This document shows positions 55,322-64,000 of a stretch of 64,000 nucleotides of DNA, piece by piece. The notes below the pieces were generated by a model, which worked only from the letters and a program-made list of their open reading frames with translations, did not search any database and was not told the DNA's origin. Position numbers and translations under genes: made by a program. Every line of letters starts with the position of its first letter. The first letter of the stretch is position 1. The stretch comes from Obrimoposthia wandeli (lineage: Eukaryota), in contig CDROCS010000253.1 in the NCBI GenBank assembly GCA_977020255.1, positions 1,488,001 through 1,552,000 of the forward strand. Direction: 5' to 3'.

Positions 55322-56659
55322 ATGGCTACACCAGGAATGGCTGCTTCACAAGGTAGTAAAGGCGCGGGCGGTTTGTCTGAGCTAAAACAAAGATTATGGT
55401 TCGTATTCGTTGCCTTAGTTGTGCTTCGTTTAGGGTCTTTTGTGCCAATCCCTGGTATTGACGCCGCTGTATTAGCTCAGTTCTTTGAACAACAAAAGGG
55501 CACCATTGTAGAGATGTTTAACATGTTCTCCGGTGGTGCACTTGAGCGAGCCTCAGTATTGGCACTTGGTATTATGCCGTACATCTCAGCTTCGATTATT
55601 ATGCAATTGCTCACTGTGGTTCATCCCGCAATGGCAGAGCTTAAAAAAGAAGGTGAAGCTGGACGTCGTAAAATCAGTCAATACACACGCTACGGCACTT
55701 TAGTTCTAGCAACAGTACAATCGATAGCGATTGCCAGAAGTTTACCGGAAATGATGCAAGGGCTTGTTATAAATGCAGGTTTTAGTTTCTATTTCACCGC
55801 AGTAATTAGTTTGATCACGGGTACCATGTTTTTAATGTGGTTAGGTGAGCAAATTACTGAACGCGGTATCGGTAATGGTATTTCGATTATCATTTTTGCA
55901 GGTATTGTTGCTGGCATGCCATCCGCGGTTGGTCAAACAGCTGAAATGGCGCGTCAAGGTGAATTGCACTTATTAGTATTATTGCTTATAGGCGTTGTGG
56001 TATTTGCAGTAACTTTCTTAGTAGTATTTGTGGAACGTGGTCAACGACGTATTGTTGTTAACTACGCTAAACGTCAGCAAGGCCGTAAGGTGTTTGCTGC
56101 ACAAAGTACACATTTACCGTTGAAAGTGAATATGGCTGGTGTTATACCGCCAATCTTTGCCTCAAGTTTAATCTTGTTTCCAGGCACGCTTGCGAGCTGG
56201 TTTGGTCAAGGTGACGGCCCTGTCGCTGATTTCTTACAAGGTGTTTCAGGAGCTATGTCTCCAGGACAACCGTTGTATGTGATGATGTTAGCGGGAGCAA
56301 TTATATTTTTCTGTTTCTTTTACACGGCTCTTGTTTTCAATCCGCGTGAAACTGCAGATAACTTGAAAAAGTCAGGTGCGTTCATTCCAGGGATTCGTCC
56401 GGGTGAACAAACATCCAAATATATTGATAAAGTCATGACACGTTTAACCCTTTGTGGTGCGGCGTATATTACCTTTGTCTGTTTGGTTCCACAGTTTATG
56501 ATCATGGCATGGGACGTACAGTTCTATTTCGGCGGGACATCTTTATTGATTATCGTAGTAGTGATTATGGACTTTATGGCACAAGTACAAACGCATATGA
56601 TGTCTCATCAATATGACAATGTACTTAAAAAAGCGAACTTGAAAGGCTATGGTCGTTAG
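55322..56659 (+). CDS. secY: Preprotein translocase subunit SecY
   Basis: [37 protein letters not shown] motifs. Confidence 0.99.
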   Translation: MATPGMAASQGSKGAGGLSELKQRLWFVFVALVVLRLGSFVPIPGIDAAVLAQFFEQQKGTIVEMFNMFSGGALERASVLALGIMPYISASIIMQLLTVVHPAMAELKKEGEAGRRKISQYTRYGTLVLATVQSIAIARSLPEMMQGLVINAGFSFYFTAVISLITGTMFLMWLGEQITERGIGNGISIIIFAGIVAGMPSAVGQTAEMARQGELHLLVLLLIGVVVFAVTFLVVFVERGQRRIVVNYAKRQQGRKVFAAQSTHLPLKVNMAGVIPPIFASSLILFPGTLASWFGQGDGPVADFLQGVSGAMSPGQPLYVMMLAGAIIFFCFFYTALVFNPRETADNLKKSGAFIPGIRPGEQTSKYIDKVMTRLTLCGAAYITFVCLVPQFMIMAWDVQFYFGGTSLLIIVVVIMDFMAQVQTHMMSHQYDNVLKKANLKGYGR

Positions 56660-56689
56660 ACCGAGCTGATTTAGTTAACGGAGTATAAA

Positions 56690-56803
56690 ATGAAAGTACG
56701 TGCATCCGTAAAAAAGATTTGTCGTAATTGTAAAGTGGTAAAGCGTAAAGGCGTAATTCGCGTTCTTTGTGTTGAACCAAAGCACAAACAAAGACAAGGT
56801 TAA
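56690..56803 (+). CDS. rpmJ: 50S ribosomal protein L36 (zinc-ribbon form)
   Basis: Read by hand (not in the ORF track): [37 protein letters not shown], 37 aa. Confidence 0.97.
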   Translation: MKVRASVKKICRNCKVVKRKGVIRVLCVEPKHKQRQG

Positions 56804-56954
56804 GCTTAGCTTTTAATCTAATATCTTTTAGAAGTGGCATTATGTAGATTTATCTGTATAATGCCGCTTCGATTTGCAGAAAAAGAGAATGGTTGGGTAT
56901 CCTAACGGGCTTTCCAACCAAAGTAATTTTAATTATAAATAGGAGATGTGATTA

Positions 56955-57311
56955 GTGGCCCGTATCGCTGGCATTAACATCCCTGATCGTAAGCATGCAG
57001 TAATCGCCATTACTGCGATTTACGGTATCGGAGCTACACGTGCGAAAGCAATTTGTGCAGCAACTGGTATCGCTGAATCAACGAAGATCAGTGAATTAGA
57101 CGAAGCAAAAATAGATTTGCTACGCGCTGAAGTGGATAAATTTACCGTTGAAGGTGATTTACGCCGTGAAGTTTCAATGAACATTAAACGTCTTATGGAT
57201 TTAGGTTGTTACCGTGGCATTCGCCATCGTCGCAGTCTTCCTCTACGTGGTCAACGCACTAAAACAAATGCGCGTACCCGTAAAGGCCCTCGTAAGCCAA
57301 TTAAGAAGTAA
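56955..57311 (+). CDS. rpsM: 30S ribosomal protein S13
   Basis: [23 protein letters not shown]; GTG start. Confidence 0.98.
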   Translation: MARIAGINIPDRKHAVIAITAIYGIGATRAKAICAATGIAESTKISELDEAKIDLLRAEVDKFTVEGDLRREVSMNIKRLMDLGCYRGIRHRRSLPLRGQRTKTNARTRKGPRKPIKK

Positions 57312-57324
57312 GAGGAACTAGACA

Positions 57325-57714
57325 ATGGCTAAAACACCAGTTCGTACGCGTAAACGCGTAAAAAAACAAGTTGCTGATGGCATGGCTCATATCCATGCTT
57401 CTTTCAACAACACAATCGTGACTCTTACAGACCGTCAAGGTAATGCGTTATCTTGGGCGACTGCCGGTGGTTCAGGTTTCCGTGGTTCACGTAAATCTAC
57501 TCCATTTGCTGCGCAAGTAGCTGCAGATCGCGCAGGCGCTGTTGCAAAAGAGTTTGGTTTGAAGAATATTGAAGTGTTCGTAAAAGGTCCAGGTCCAGGT
57601 CGTGAATCTGCTATCCGTGCCTTAAATGCTGCTGGTTTTAAAATCACCAACATTACTGACGTAACACCTATTCCTCATAATGGTTGTCGTCCTCCGAAGA
57701 AACGTCGCGTTTAA
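57325..57714 (+). CDS. rpsK: 30S ribosomal protein S11
   Basis: [29 protein letters not shown]. Confidence 0.98.
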   Translation: MAKTPVRTRKRVKKQVADGMAHIHASFNNTIVTLTDRQGNALSWATAGGSGFRGSRKSTPFAAQVAADRAGAVAKEFGLKNIEVFVKGPGPGRESAIRALNAAGFKITNITDVTPIPHNGCRPPKKRRV

Positions 57715-57746
57715 GCGCTTTTTTTTAGGATAGTTGGAGAAAGAAA

Positions 57747-58367
57747 ATGGCTAGATATTTAGGTCCTAAGTTAAAACTTAGTCGCCGCGAAGGTACAGAT
57801 TTGTTCCTTAAAAGCGGTGTTAGAGCAATTGACACTAAATGTAAAATCGAAACAATACCAGGTCAACACGGCGCCCGTCGCGGTCGTTTGTCAGACTATG
57901 GTGTTCAACTTCGTGAAAAACAAAAAGTTCGTCGTATTTTTGGCGTGCTTGAAAAACAATTCAGTAATTACTACAAAGAAGCGGCACGTCAAAAAGGCAA
58001 CACAGGTGAAAACTTGTTACAGCTTTTAGAGACTCGTTTAGATAACGTAGTTTACCGTATGGGTTATGCAAGCACTCGTGCTGAAGCCCGTCAATTAGTT
58101 AGCCATAAGGCTATCGTGGTAAACGGCGTTGTAGTTAATATTCCATCTTTCACTGTTAAAGCTGAAGATACTGTTTCTGTTCGTGAGAAGTCTAAAACTC
58201 AAGCGCGTATCATTGCTGCTTTAGAATTAGCTGATCAACGTGAGAAACCACTTTGGGTTGAAGTAGATACTAAGAAGCTTGAAGGCGTTTTCAAACGTGT
58301 TCCAGATCGTGCTGACTTATCTGCCGAAATTAATGAACAGTTGATTGTTGAACTTTACTCTAAATAG
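57747..58367 (+). CDS. rpsD: 30S ribosomal protein S4
   Basis: [35 protein letters not shown]. Confidence 0.98.
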   Translation: MARYLGPKLKLSRREGTDLFLKSGVRAIDTKCKIETIPGQHGARRGRLSDYGVQLREKQKVRRIFGVLEKQFSNYYKEAARQKGNTGENLLQLLETRLDNVVYRMGYASTRAEARQLVSHKAIVVNGVVVNIPSFTVKAEDTVSVREKSKTQARIIAALELADQREKPLWVEVDTKKLEGVFKRVPDRADLSAEINEQLIVELYSK

Positions 58368-58395
58368 TAAAGTTGCACTTTAAGAGAGGACATAT

Positions 58396-59385
58396 ATGCA
58401 GGGTTCTGTAACCGAATTCCTTAGACCGCGCTTAGTTGGCATTGAAACCATTAGCCCTCGTCGTGCTAAGGTTACTTTAGAGCCACTAGAACGTGGTTTT
58501 GGTCACACTTTAGGTAATGCGTTACGCCGCATTCTTTTATCTTCAATGCCGGGTTGTGCCGTAACTGAAGTTGAAATTGACGGTGTTTTACATGAGTACA
58601 GTAGTAAAGAAGGTGTTCAAGAGGACATCATCGAAATATTGTTAAACCTTAAAGGGCTTGCAGTTATTTTAGAAGGCAAGAATGAAGCCGTTCTTACCTT
58701 AACTAAGTCTGGTGAAGGCCCTGTAACGGCAGCTGATATACAACATGACGGAGATGTAGAAATTGCAAATCCTGAACATGTTATCTGCACCTTAACAGGT
58801 GAAGGTAGTATCAGCATGCGCATTAAAGTTGAAATGGGACGTGGTTACGTTCCCGCTTCTGCGCGCCGTGATGCCGAGGAAGAAGATCGAGCTATTGGTC
58901 GTTTGTTGGTTGATGCTTCATTCAGCCCAGTAGTTAGAATTGCTTATGATGTTGATTCTGCACGTGTTGAACAACGTACAGATTTAGACAAATTAGTTTT
59001 AGATATGGAAACCAATGGTACATTGGATCCGGAAGAAGCTATCCGTCGTGCTTCAACTATTCTTGCTGAACAGCTTGATGCGTTTGTTGAACTTCGTGAT
59101 ATCAAAGAAGTAGAGCAAGTGGAAGAAAAACCATTGTTCGACCCAATCTTGCTTCGTCCTGTTGATGATCTAGAATTAACTGTTCGTTCAGCTAACTGTT
59201 TAAAAGCAGAAGCAATTCAATACATTGGTGATTTAGTACAACGTGCTGAAGTTGAGCTTCTTAAAACGCCTAATTTAGGTAAGAAGTCATTAACTGAAAT
59301 CAAAGACGTGTTAGCGTCGCGTGGTTTGTCTCTAGGCATGCGCCTAGAAAACTGGCCACCTGAAAGCATTGTTGACAACGACTAG
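58396..59385 (+). CDS. rpoA: RNA polymerase alpha subunit
   Basis: [34 protein letters not shown]. Confidence 0.99.
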   Translation: MQGSVTEFLRPRLVGIETISPRRAKVTLEPLERGFGHTLGNALRRILLSSMPGCAVTEVEIDGVLHEYSSKEGVQEDIIEILLNLKGLAVILEGKNEAVLTLTKSGEGPVTAADIQHDGDVEIANPEHVICTLTGEGSISMRIKVEMGRGYVPASARRDAEEEDRAIGRLLVDASFSPVVRIAYDVDSARVEQRTDLDKLVLDMETNGTLDPEEAIRRASTILAEQLDAFVELRDIKEVEQVEEKPLFDPILLRPVDDLELTVRSANCLKAEAIQYIGDLVQRAEVELLKTPNLGKKSLTEIKDVLASRGLSLGMRLENWPPESIVDND

Positions 59386-59428
59386 TTCGATCATCATTTT
59401 TTTAACAGTTAGAGAGAAGGATTAACTT

Positions 59429-59833
59429 ATGCGTCATCGTCAAAGCGGTCGCCAGTTAAACCGTAATAGCAGTCATCGTAAAGCGATGTTCCGCAATATG
59501 GCAAGCTCTTTAGTTAAGCACGGCGTTATTAAAACGACTGTAGCTAAAGCTAAAGAACTACGTATGGTAGTAGAGCCATTGATTACATTGGCTAAAACTG
59601 ACAGTGTTGCAAATCGCCGTTTAGCGTTTGCTCGTACACAAGATAAAGAAGTAGTAGGTATTTTATTCAACGAACTTGGTACTCGTTACCAAGAACGTCC
59701 AGGTGGTTACACTCGCATTTTAAAATGTGGTTTCCGTACTGGTGATAAAGCGCCTATGGCTTATATTGAATTAGTAGACCGCCCAGTAGTAGAAGATGCT
59801 CCTGAAGTAGTTGAAGAATCAGCAGAAGCTTAA
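59429..59833 (+). CDS. rplQ: 50S ribosomal protein L17
   Basis: [22 protein letters not shown]. Confidence 0.98.
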   Translation: MRHRQSGRQLNRNSSHRKAMFRNMASSLVKHGVIKTTVAKAKELRMVVEPLITLAKTDSVANRRLAFARTQDKEVVGILFNELGTRYQERPGGYTRILKCGFRTGDKAPMAYIELVDRPVVEDAPEVVEESAEA

Positions 59834-59854
59834 ACGAAAGTTTAAACTTTATTT

Positions 59855-59882
59855 AAAAAACCGAGCCTAGGCTCGGTTTTTT
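59855..59882 (+). terminator. Terminator of the alpha operon
   Basis: aaaaaaccgagc-ctag-gctcggtttttt. Confidence 0.9.
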
Positions 59883-60028
59883 ATTGTCTAAATTTTGACA
59901 AAACTATTGACCATGAATATAGTGACTATGTTACTTTCATCGCCTAACTTGTGGTTTTCTTGCTTGACCTAGACGTTAATTCACCGTATAAAATATCTAT
60001 TGTACTTTAGTTTATCCTTTGAGCCTTT

Positions 60029-60928
60029 ATGTCGACACGGAATCCAATAATAGCAGTGACTGGTTCATCGGGAGCTGGCACATCAACAACAACGGCTGCA
60101 TTTGAGCATATTTTTAGAACACTCGGTATATCCTCGGTAAATGTGGAAGGTGATAGCTTTCATCGATTCTCACGCCAAGAAATGGATATGGAAAAGCGCA
60201 AAGCTAAAGAAGCACGCACCAATATCAGCTATTTTGGTGATCTTGCTAATGACTTTACCGCGTTAGAAAAACAATTTCGTGATTATAGTGAAACAGGTAA
60301 AGGGCAAATTAGACGCTATTTACATACGTTTGATGAAGCGGTTCCATACAATCAAATGCCTGGCACGTTTACCCCATGGGAAGACTTTGGTGAAGGTACA
60401 GACTTATTATATTATGAGGGGCTTCACGGCGGTGTAGTAACTGAGGAAAATGATGTAGCTAAGCATGTTGATTTACTTATTGGTATGGTACCGATTGTTA
60501 ATTTAGAGTGGATTCAAAAGATTATTCGCGATACCAATAAGCGTGGTCATTCTCGAGAAGCCGTTACGGCAAGTATAGTGCGTAGTATGGAAGATTATAT
60601 CTCCTTCATCACACCACAGTTTTCACGTACACATATCAATTTCCAGCGTGTGCCCACGGTAGATACCTCTAATCCATTTAGCGCTAAGGCAATTCCTAGC
60701 TTAGATGAAAGTTTTGTGGTTATTCGTTTTCGAGAAGTGAAGAATGTCGATTTTCAATATTACCTTCGTATGATTGACGGATCCTTTATGTCACGCATTA
60801 ATACCCTTGTCGTCCCAGGTGGAAAAATGGGTTTAGCAATGGAGTTAATTTTAACACCACTTATCCGTGACTTAATGGATCGTAAAAACCAAGCAAATAA
60901 GCAGCTCGACTGGATGAGTGATTTATAA
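60029..60928 (+). CDS. prkB: Phosphoribulokinase-family protein
   Basis: AVTGSSGAGT, EGDSFH, YEGLHG and FQRVPTVDTSNPF motifs. Confidence 0.92.
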   Translation: MSTRNPIIAVTGSSGAGTSTTTAAFEHIFRTLGISSVNVEGDSFHRFSRQEMDMEKRKAKEARTNISYFGDLANDFTALEKQFRDYSETGKGQIRRYLHTFDEAVPYNQMPGTFTPWEDFGEGTDLLYYEGLHGGVVTEENDVAKHVDLLIGMVPIVNLEWIQKIIRDTNKRGHSREAVTASIVRSMEDYISFITPQFSRTHINFQRVPTVDTSNPFSAKAIPSLDESFVVIRFREVKNVDFQYYLRMIDGSFMSRINTLVVPGGKMGLAMELILTPLIRDLMDRKNQANKQLDWMSDL

Positions 60929-61018
60929 AGCTCACTTTCTATCGGACTTACAGAAACGTAACGAAGTTTCTGTAAGTTAAGGTAAATAGAGTGTTTTTAT
61001 CTTGTTGCTTTAAGGTAC

Positions 61019-61777
61019 TTATTTACCGATAAATAGTTCACTTAACTCGGTAGTTAGCTGTGCGGTTATTTTTTTTTCATCATGAGCCGATATTAACTGT
61101 TTATCAACGTCAGAACCAACATCAAAAATATGTTGTTTCAAGTCGATACACTGCTTAGCTAACTTACAATGAAATAAGTTATGAGTTGTCATAACACTGT
61201 CTTTAATCTGGTATTTTTCGCGTGTATCTTTAGCTAAATGATCACTAATCTGAGTAATGTCATGATCACTGAAGTGCTTTTTACCACGTTGATCTCGAGT
61301 CATGCCACGGATACGATAATCTATATCGATAACATCCGCTGAGAAAGCTTCAATAACATAATCTAAGACCTTTAAAGGTGAAATAACGCCACAAGTCGAT
61401 AATTCTATATCAGCTCTGAAAATGGCAATACCATTCTGCGCGGTTTCTTCTGGATAGGTGTGAATACATAAATGGCTTTTATCTAGATGAGCAACTAAAG
61501 ATTCAGGTTTAGCTTCTTCTGAAATCATCAAAGTCACACTCGCCCCTTGCGGCGTGTAATCTTGGCTTGCTATATTTAAGACATTACCACCGATGGCGTG
61601 ACAAACCTTAGTAAGTAAAACTTCAAGCAGTTCACTGCTATAGGTTTGATTGATGTAGGCATTATAGCGATCAACGGACTGAGTTGATGGTAAATAATGT
61701 ATTCTATATAACGAAAAGCTTAAACTTTTCGTTAAATTATTAAAACCGTACAGAGGGATTTTATTGTCAGTATGCAT
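61019..61777 (-). CDS. speD: S-adenosylmethionine decarboxylase proenzyme (E. coli type)
   Basis: GFNNLTKSLSF, QGASVT, self-cleavage motif HLDK|SH, HTYPE, STCGVISPLK. Confidence 0.88.
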   Translation of the reverse strand: MHTDNKIPLYGFNNLTKSLSFSLYRIHYLPSTQSVDRYNAYINQTYSSELLEVLLTKVCHAIGGNVLNIASQDYTPQGASVTLMISEEAKPESLVAHLDKSHLCIHTYPEETAQNGIAIFRADIELSTCGVISPLKVLDYVIEAFSADVIDIDYRIRGMTRDQRGKKHFSDHDITQISDHLAKDTREKYQIKDSVMTTHNLFHCKLAKQCIDLKQHIFDVGSDVDKQLISAHDEKKITAQLTTELSELFIGK

Positions 61778-61791
61778 AAAGTTAAATAGCT

Positions 61792-62196
61792 TTATTGAAT
61801 GACAATTTCAAAATCGTGAGTAATTTCAACTGTGGTATTTAACATTAAGGCGACAGAGCAATACTTGTCTGCTGATAAGTTCACCGCACGTTCAACATGT
61901 TTAGGTGCAACATTACTTCCAGTGATAACAAAGTGAAGATGAATTTTTTTAAACAGTGCAGGTACAGCGTCAACACGAGTACCAGAAATTTCCACATGAC
62001 AACCAGTAATATTTTGTCTCGCTTTTTGTAAAATACTAACCACATCCACTGAAGAGCACCCACCAAGAGAAATCAACACGCCTTCCATAGGGCTTGGGGC
62101 TAAGTTGCCAGCATTTGCATCTAAAACTAGGGTGTGGCCGCTTTCTGAGGTGCCCATGAATAGTTCTTCGCCTAACCATTTTACTTGTGCTTTCAT
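61792..62196 (-). CDS. yhfA: OsmC-family protein (YhfA-like)
   Basis: PSPME, LGGCSSVDVV, KYCSV motifs; near prkB as in enterobacteria. Confidence 0.85.
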   Translation of the reverse strand: MKAQVKWLGEELFMGTSESGHTLVLDANAGNLAPSPMEGVLISLGGCSSVDVVSILQKARQNITGCHVEISGTRVDAVPALFKKIHLHFVITGSNVAPKHVERAVNLSADKYCSVALMLNTTVEITHDFEIVIQ

Positions 62197-62341
62197 TATC
62201 GACTCTATTTACAATTAATATATAGGGATTCTATCGAAGTTAAAGCATCACCACCAGTTGTTATGTGTAATCGAGGCTTTATAAGGAGGTAGCGCTGTAT
62301 TCAGAACGCTACAAGTAGATAAAGATCAGTCTCGGCTATTA

Positions 62342-62692
62342 TTAATCTTTATGGATAACGCTATCAAAGAGGTTTTTGATTAAACCGGCAAATTCACGTA
62401 TGAATGCTTGCTGTGCGGGATTAACGGGATTATTGATAACACCGGAAAGAATTTCTTCAAGATCATAAACGATAGCATCAACTTCACGAATAATGGCATT
62501 ACGTTGATTAAATGTTAAGTTTTCGTTTTGACTGCAAACGGTGATAATTTGTTCGCATAATTCTACTTCAATAGCTGACATCACGGTTTCGTTAGCTTGT
62601 GCTGGTGCTGGTGCTGTTGAATTTTCAAATAAACTGAAATGTTCTGTCAGATACTCAATAACTTGAATGTAACCGTCAGTGTCTGTAACCAT
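62342..62692 (-). CDS. Conserved hypothetical protein (DUF3802-like)
   Basis: DGYIQVIEYLTEH, IIREVDAIVYDLEEIL; family recognised from memory only. Confidence 0.55.
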   Translation of the reverse strand: MVTDTDGYIQVIEYLTEHFSLFENSTAPAPAQANETVMSAIEVELCEQIITVCSQNENLTFNQRNAIIREVDAIVYDLEEILSGVINNPVNPAQQAFIREFAGLIKNLFDSVIHKD

Positions 62693-62863
62693 AATATATT
62701 TACTTACCTTTGTGAATGAATAGTACTTTTGTTTGAGTATAGCAGTTCGTTTAGGATTTTAGTAAGCGTAGAATAATAGCCCTTTTTTTTTATAAAATAG
62801 TGTTTATAAAAACAAAGGGCTTATAAAAAGGCAATGTAGTAATAGACTTTATAAGGTATAAAT

Positions 62864-64000
62864 TTATGTCAGTGTTGTCGGGGCAACCATTAATACGGCA
62901 CGTTGACCATTACCGACATTGGCATTAGGGAAGACGATACTCTCACCTGGAAGCGTTGTTCGGTATTCTTCTCCGGTATCGGTTGATAATAAAGTATCAA
63001 CCGGGTAATCAGTAAAATTACTCGCTTCATCAGTAATATAAAGTTCAAATTTATCGCTAACTTTAGTGATATCACCTAACGCTTTAAATAAATTGAAATC
63101 GTTATTATCAAAACTTTTTAGTGCTATTGGTTCATTGCTAATAAGGGCACTTAGGTTATTTGTCATGTCTTGAAAATTAGCCATGTCATTTTCTCCAAAG
63201 GGTCTTACTTTACCTAACTCGATAGTAAAAGCATGCGCGGCAAAGTTTGCACTACTGAAGTAGGAGAATGTCCCGCTGGGTCCATGACCAAATAAAATAG
63301 TGTTAACACCACAACTAGCCATAAAGCTTAACTGTTCTTTATCCCATGGTTTACCTGCTTGGTAAGGATAAATGGCAAATTTTTCATACTTAGAGTGTCG
63401 AATAGCGGTATGTAAATCGTAGTGGTAGTTAGTTACTTTACCGTCACTCGCATCAGCGCCAGCGTTAAAGAAATCACTAACATAACCTTCTAACTTTTCA
63501 GCACGATACTTTTCAAAACAGGGATCGATATCTTTGTACTTGCCACAAAATAATCGATTTAAATTCTCAGTTTGAAAACGTTTTGCGATATTCATAGAAA
63601 CAGGGTTACCCATAATTAATAGGGTACGGTGTTTCACTTGAATTTTTTGCGCAATAATATCACTAATCAACTGTTGTACTATTTCAATCGGCGCAGTCTC
63701 ATTACCATGAATGCCCGATGAAATAACAATACTCTTACTTGGTGTTGCCGAACCGTCTGTAATTATTTCAGGTTCGACATTATCAGGTTCAATCAATAGA
63801 ACACCTGTATCGAGTAAGCTCACTTTCGCTTGCTTGACCTTAAAACTTAATTGGTTATCAGCGCCAGTTTGCAGAAAACCTTGTTCAAACTGTCGTGTTA
63901 ACGCGATAAAGTCACCTTGCTCAACAAAGTGGCGATAAGCTTGGATAAAGTTATCAGCGGTAATATCGGTAAGGTTTTGTGTTACTGGTGTAAGAGTATT
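62864..64000 (-). CDS. astE: Succinylglutamate desuccinylase, 5' end beyond the window
   Basis: SGIHGNETAP, NLNRLF, DLHTA and TIELGKV motifs. The frame is open from 64000 (…GDFIALTR…), so the ORF-track start at 63823 is internal. Confidence 0.9.
   Translation of the reverse strand, partial: NTLTPVTQNLTDITADNFIQAYRHFVEQGDFIALTRQFEQGFLQTGADNQLSFKVKQAKVSLLDTGVLLIEPDNVEPEIITDGSATPSKSIVISSGIHGNETAPIEIVQQLISDIIAQKIQVKHRTLLIMGNPVSMNIAKRFQTENLNRLFCGKYKDIDPCFEKYRAEKLEGYVSDFFNAGADASDGKVTNYHYDLHTAIRHSKYEKFAIYPYQAGKPWDKEQLSFMASCGVNTILFGHGPSGTFSYFSSANFAAHAFTIELGKVRPFGENDMANFQDMTNNLSALISNEPIALKSFDNNDFNLFKALGDITKVSDKFELYITDEASNFTDYPVDTLLSTDTGEEYRTTLPGESIVFPNANVGNGQRAVLMVAPTTLT

Noticed and set aside
63711-63938. 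75 aa plus-strand ORF
   Set aside because: Antisense to the extended astE frame, which stays open to the window end.

Overview
64 kb of a gammaproteobacterial chromosome. The 16S sequence and protein style look like Colwellia (Alteromonadales); this is recognition from memory, not a database result. Order along the window: 3' part of purH, a signal-peptide-bearing methyltransferase, purD; an array of four complete, head-to-tail rRNA operons (16S-tRNA-Ala-23S-5S, period about 5.95 kb, ~4.1-27.9 kb); a crotonase; a sigma54-type MacAB-like exporter operon with its own NtrC-type two-component system; a COG3014-ycfL-lpoB-slyB-like lipoprotein operon (minus strand); cupredoxin plus norCB (cNOR) behind a perfect FNR/DNR box; a two-gene unit made of a glutamine-synthetase-fold ligase and ovoA; typA, yihY, dtd; the complete spc and alpha ribosomal protein operons without S10 genes upstream; prkB, speD, yhfA, DUF3802 and a 5'-truncated astE. 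No CRISPR array, IS element or prophage was seen. Best leads: (1) the GS-fold ligase + OvoA pair with an apparently remodelled methyltransferase domain and no adjacent lyase; (2) a ~207 nt foreign-looking patch in the fourth 16S copy that leaves one uncompensated base pair; (3) internal rrn junctions with hairpins lacking U-tracts, plus 5S-derived remnants. Scattered single-base indels in conserved rRNA positions suggest imperfect assembly of the repeats, so all rRNA-array findings need read-level confirmation. rRNA ends are approximate to a few nt.
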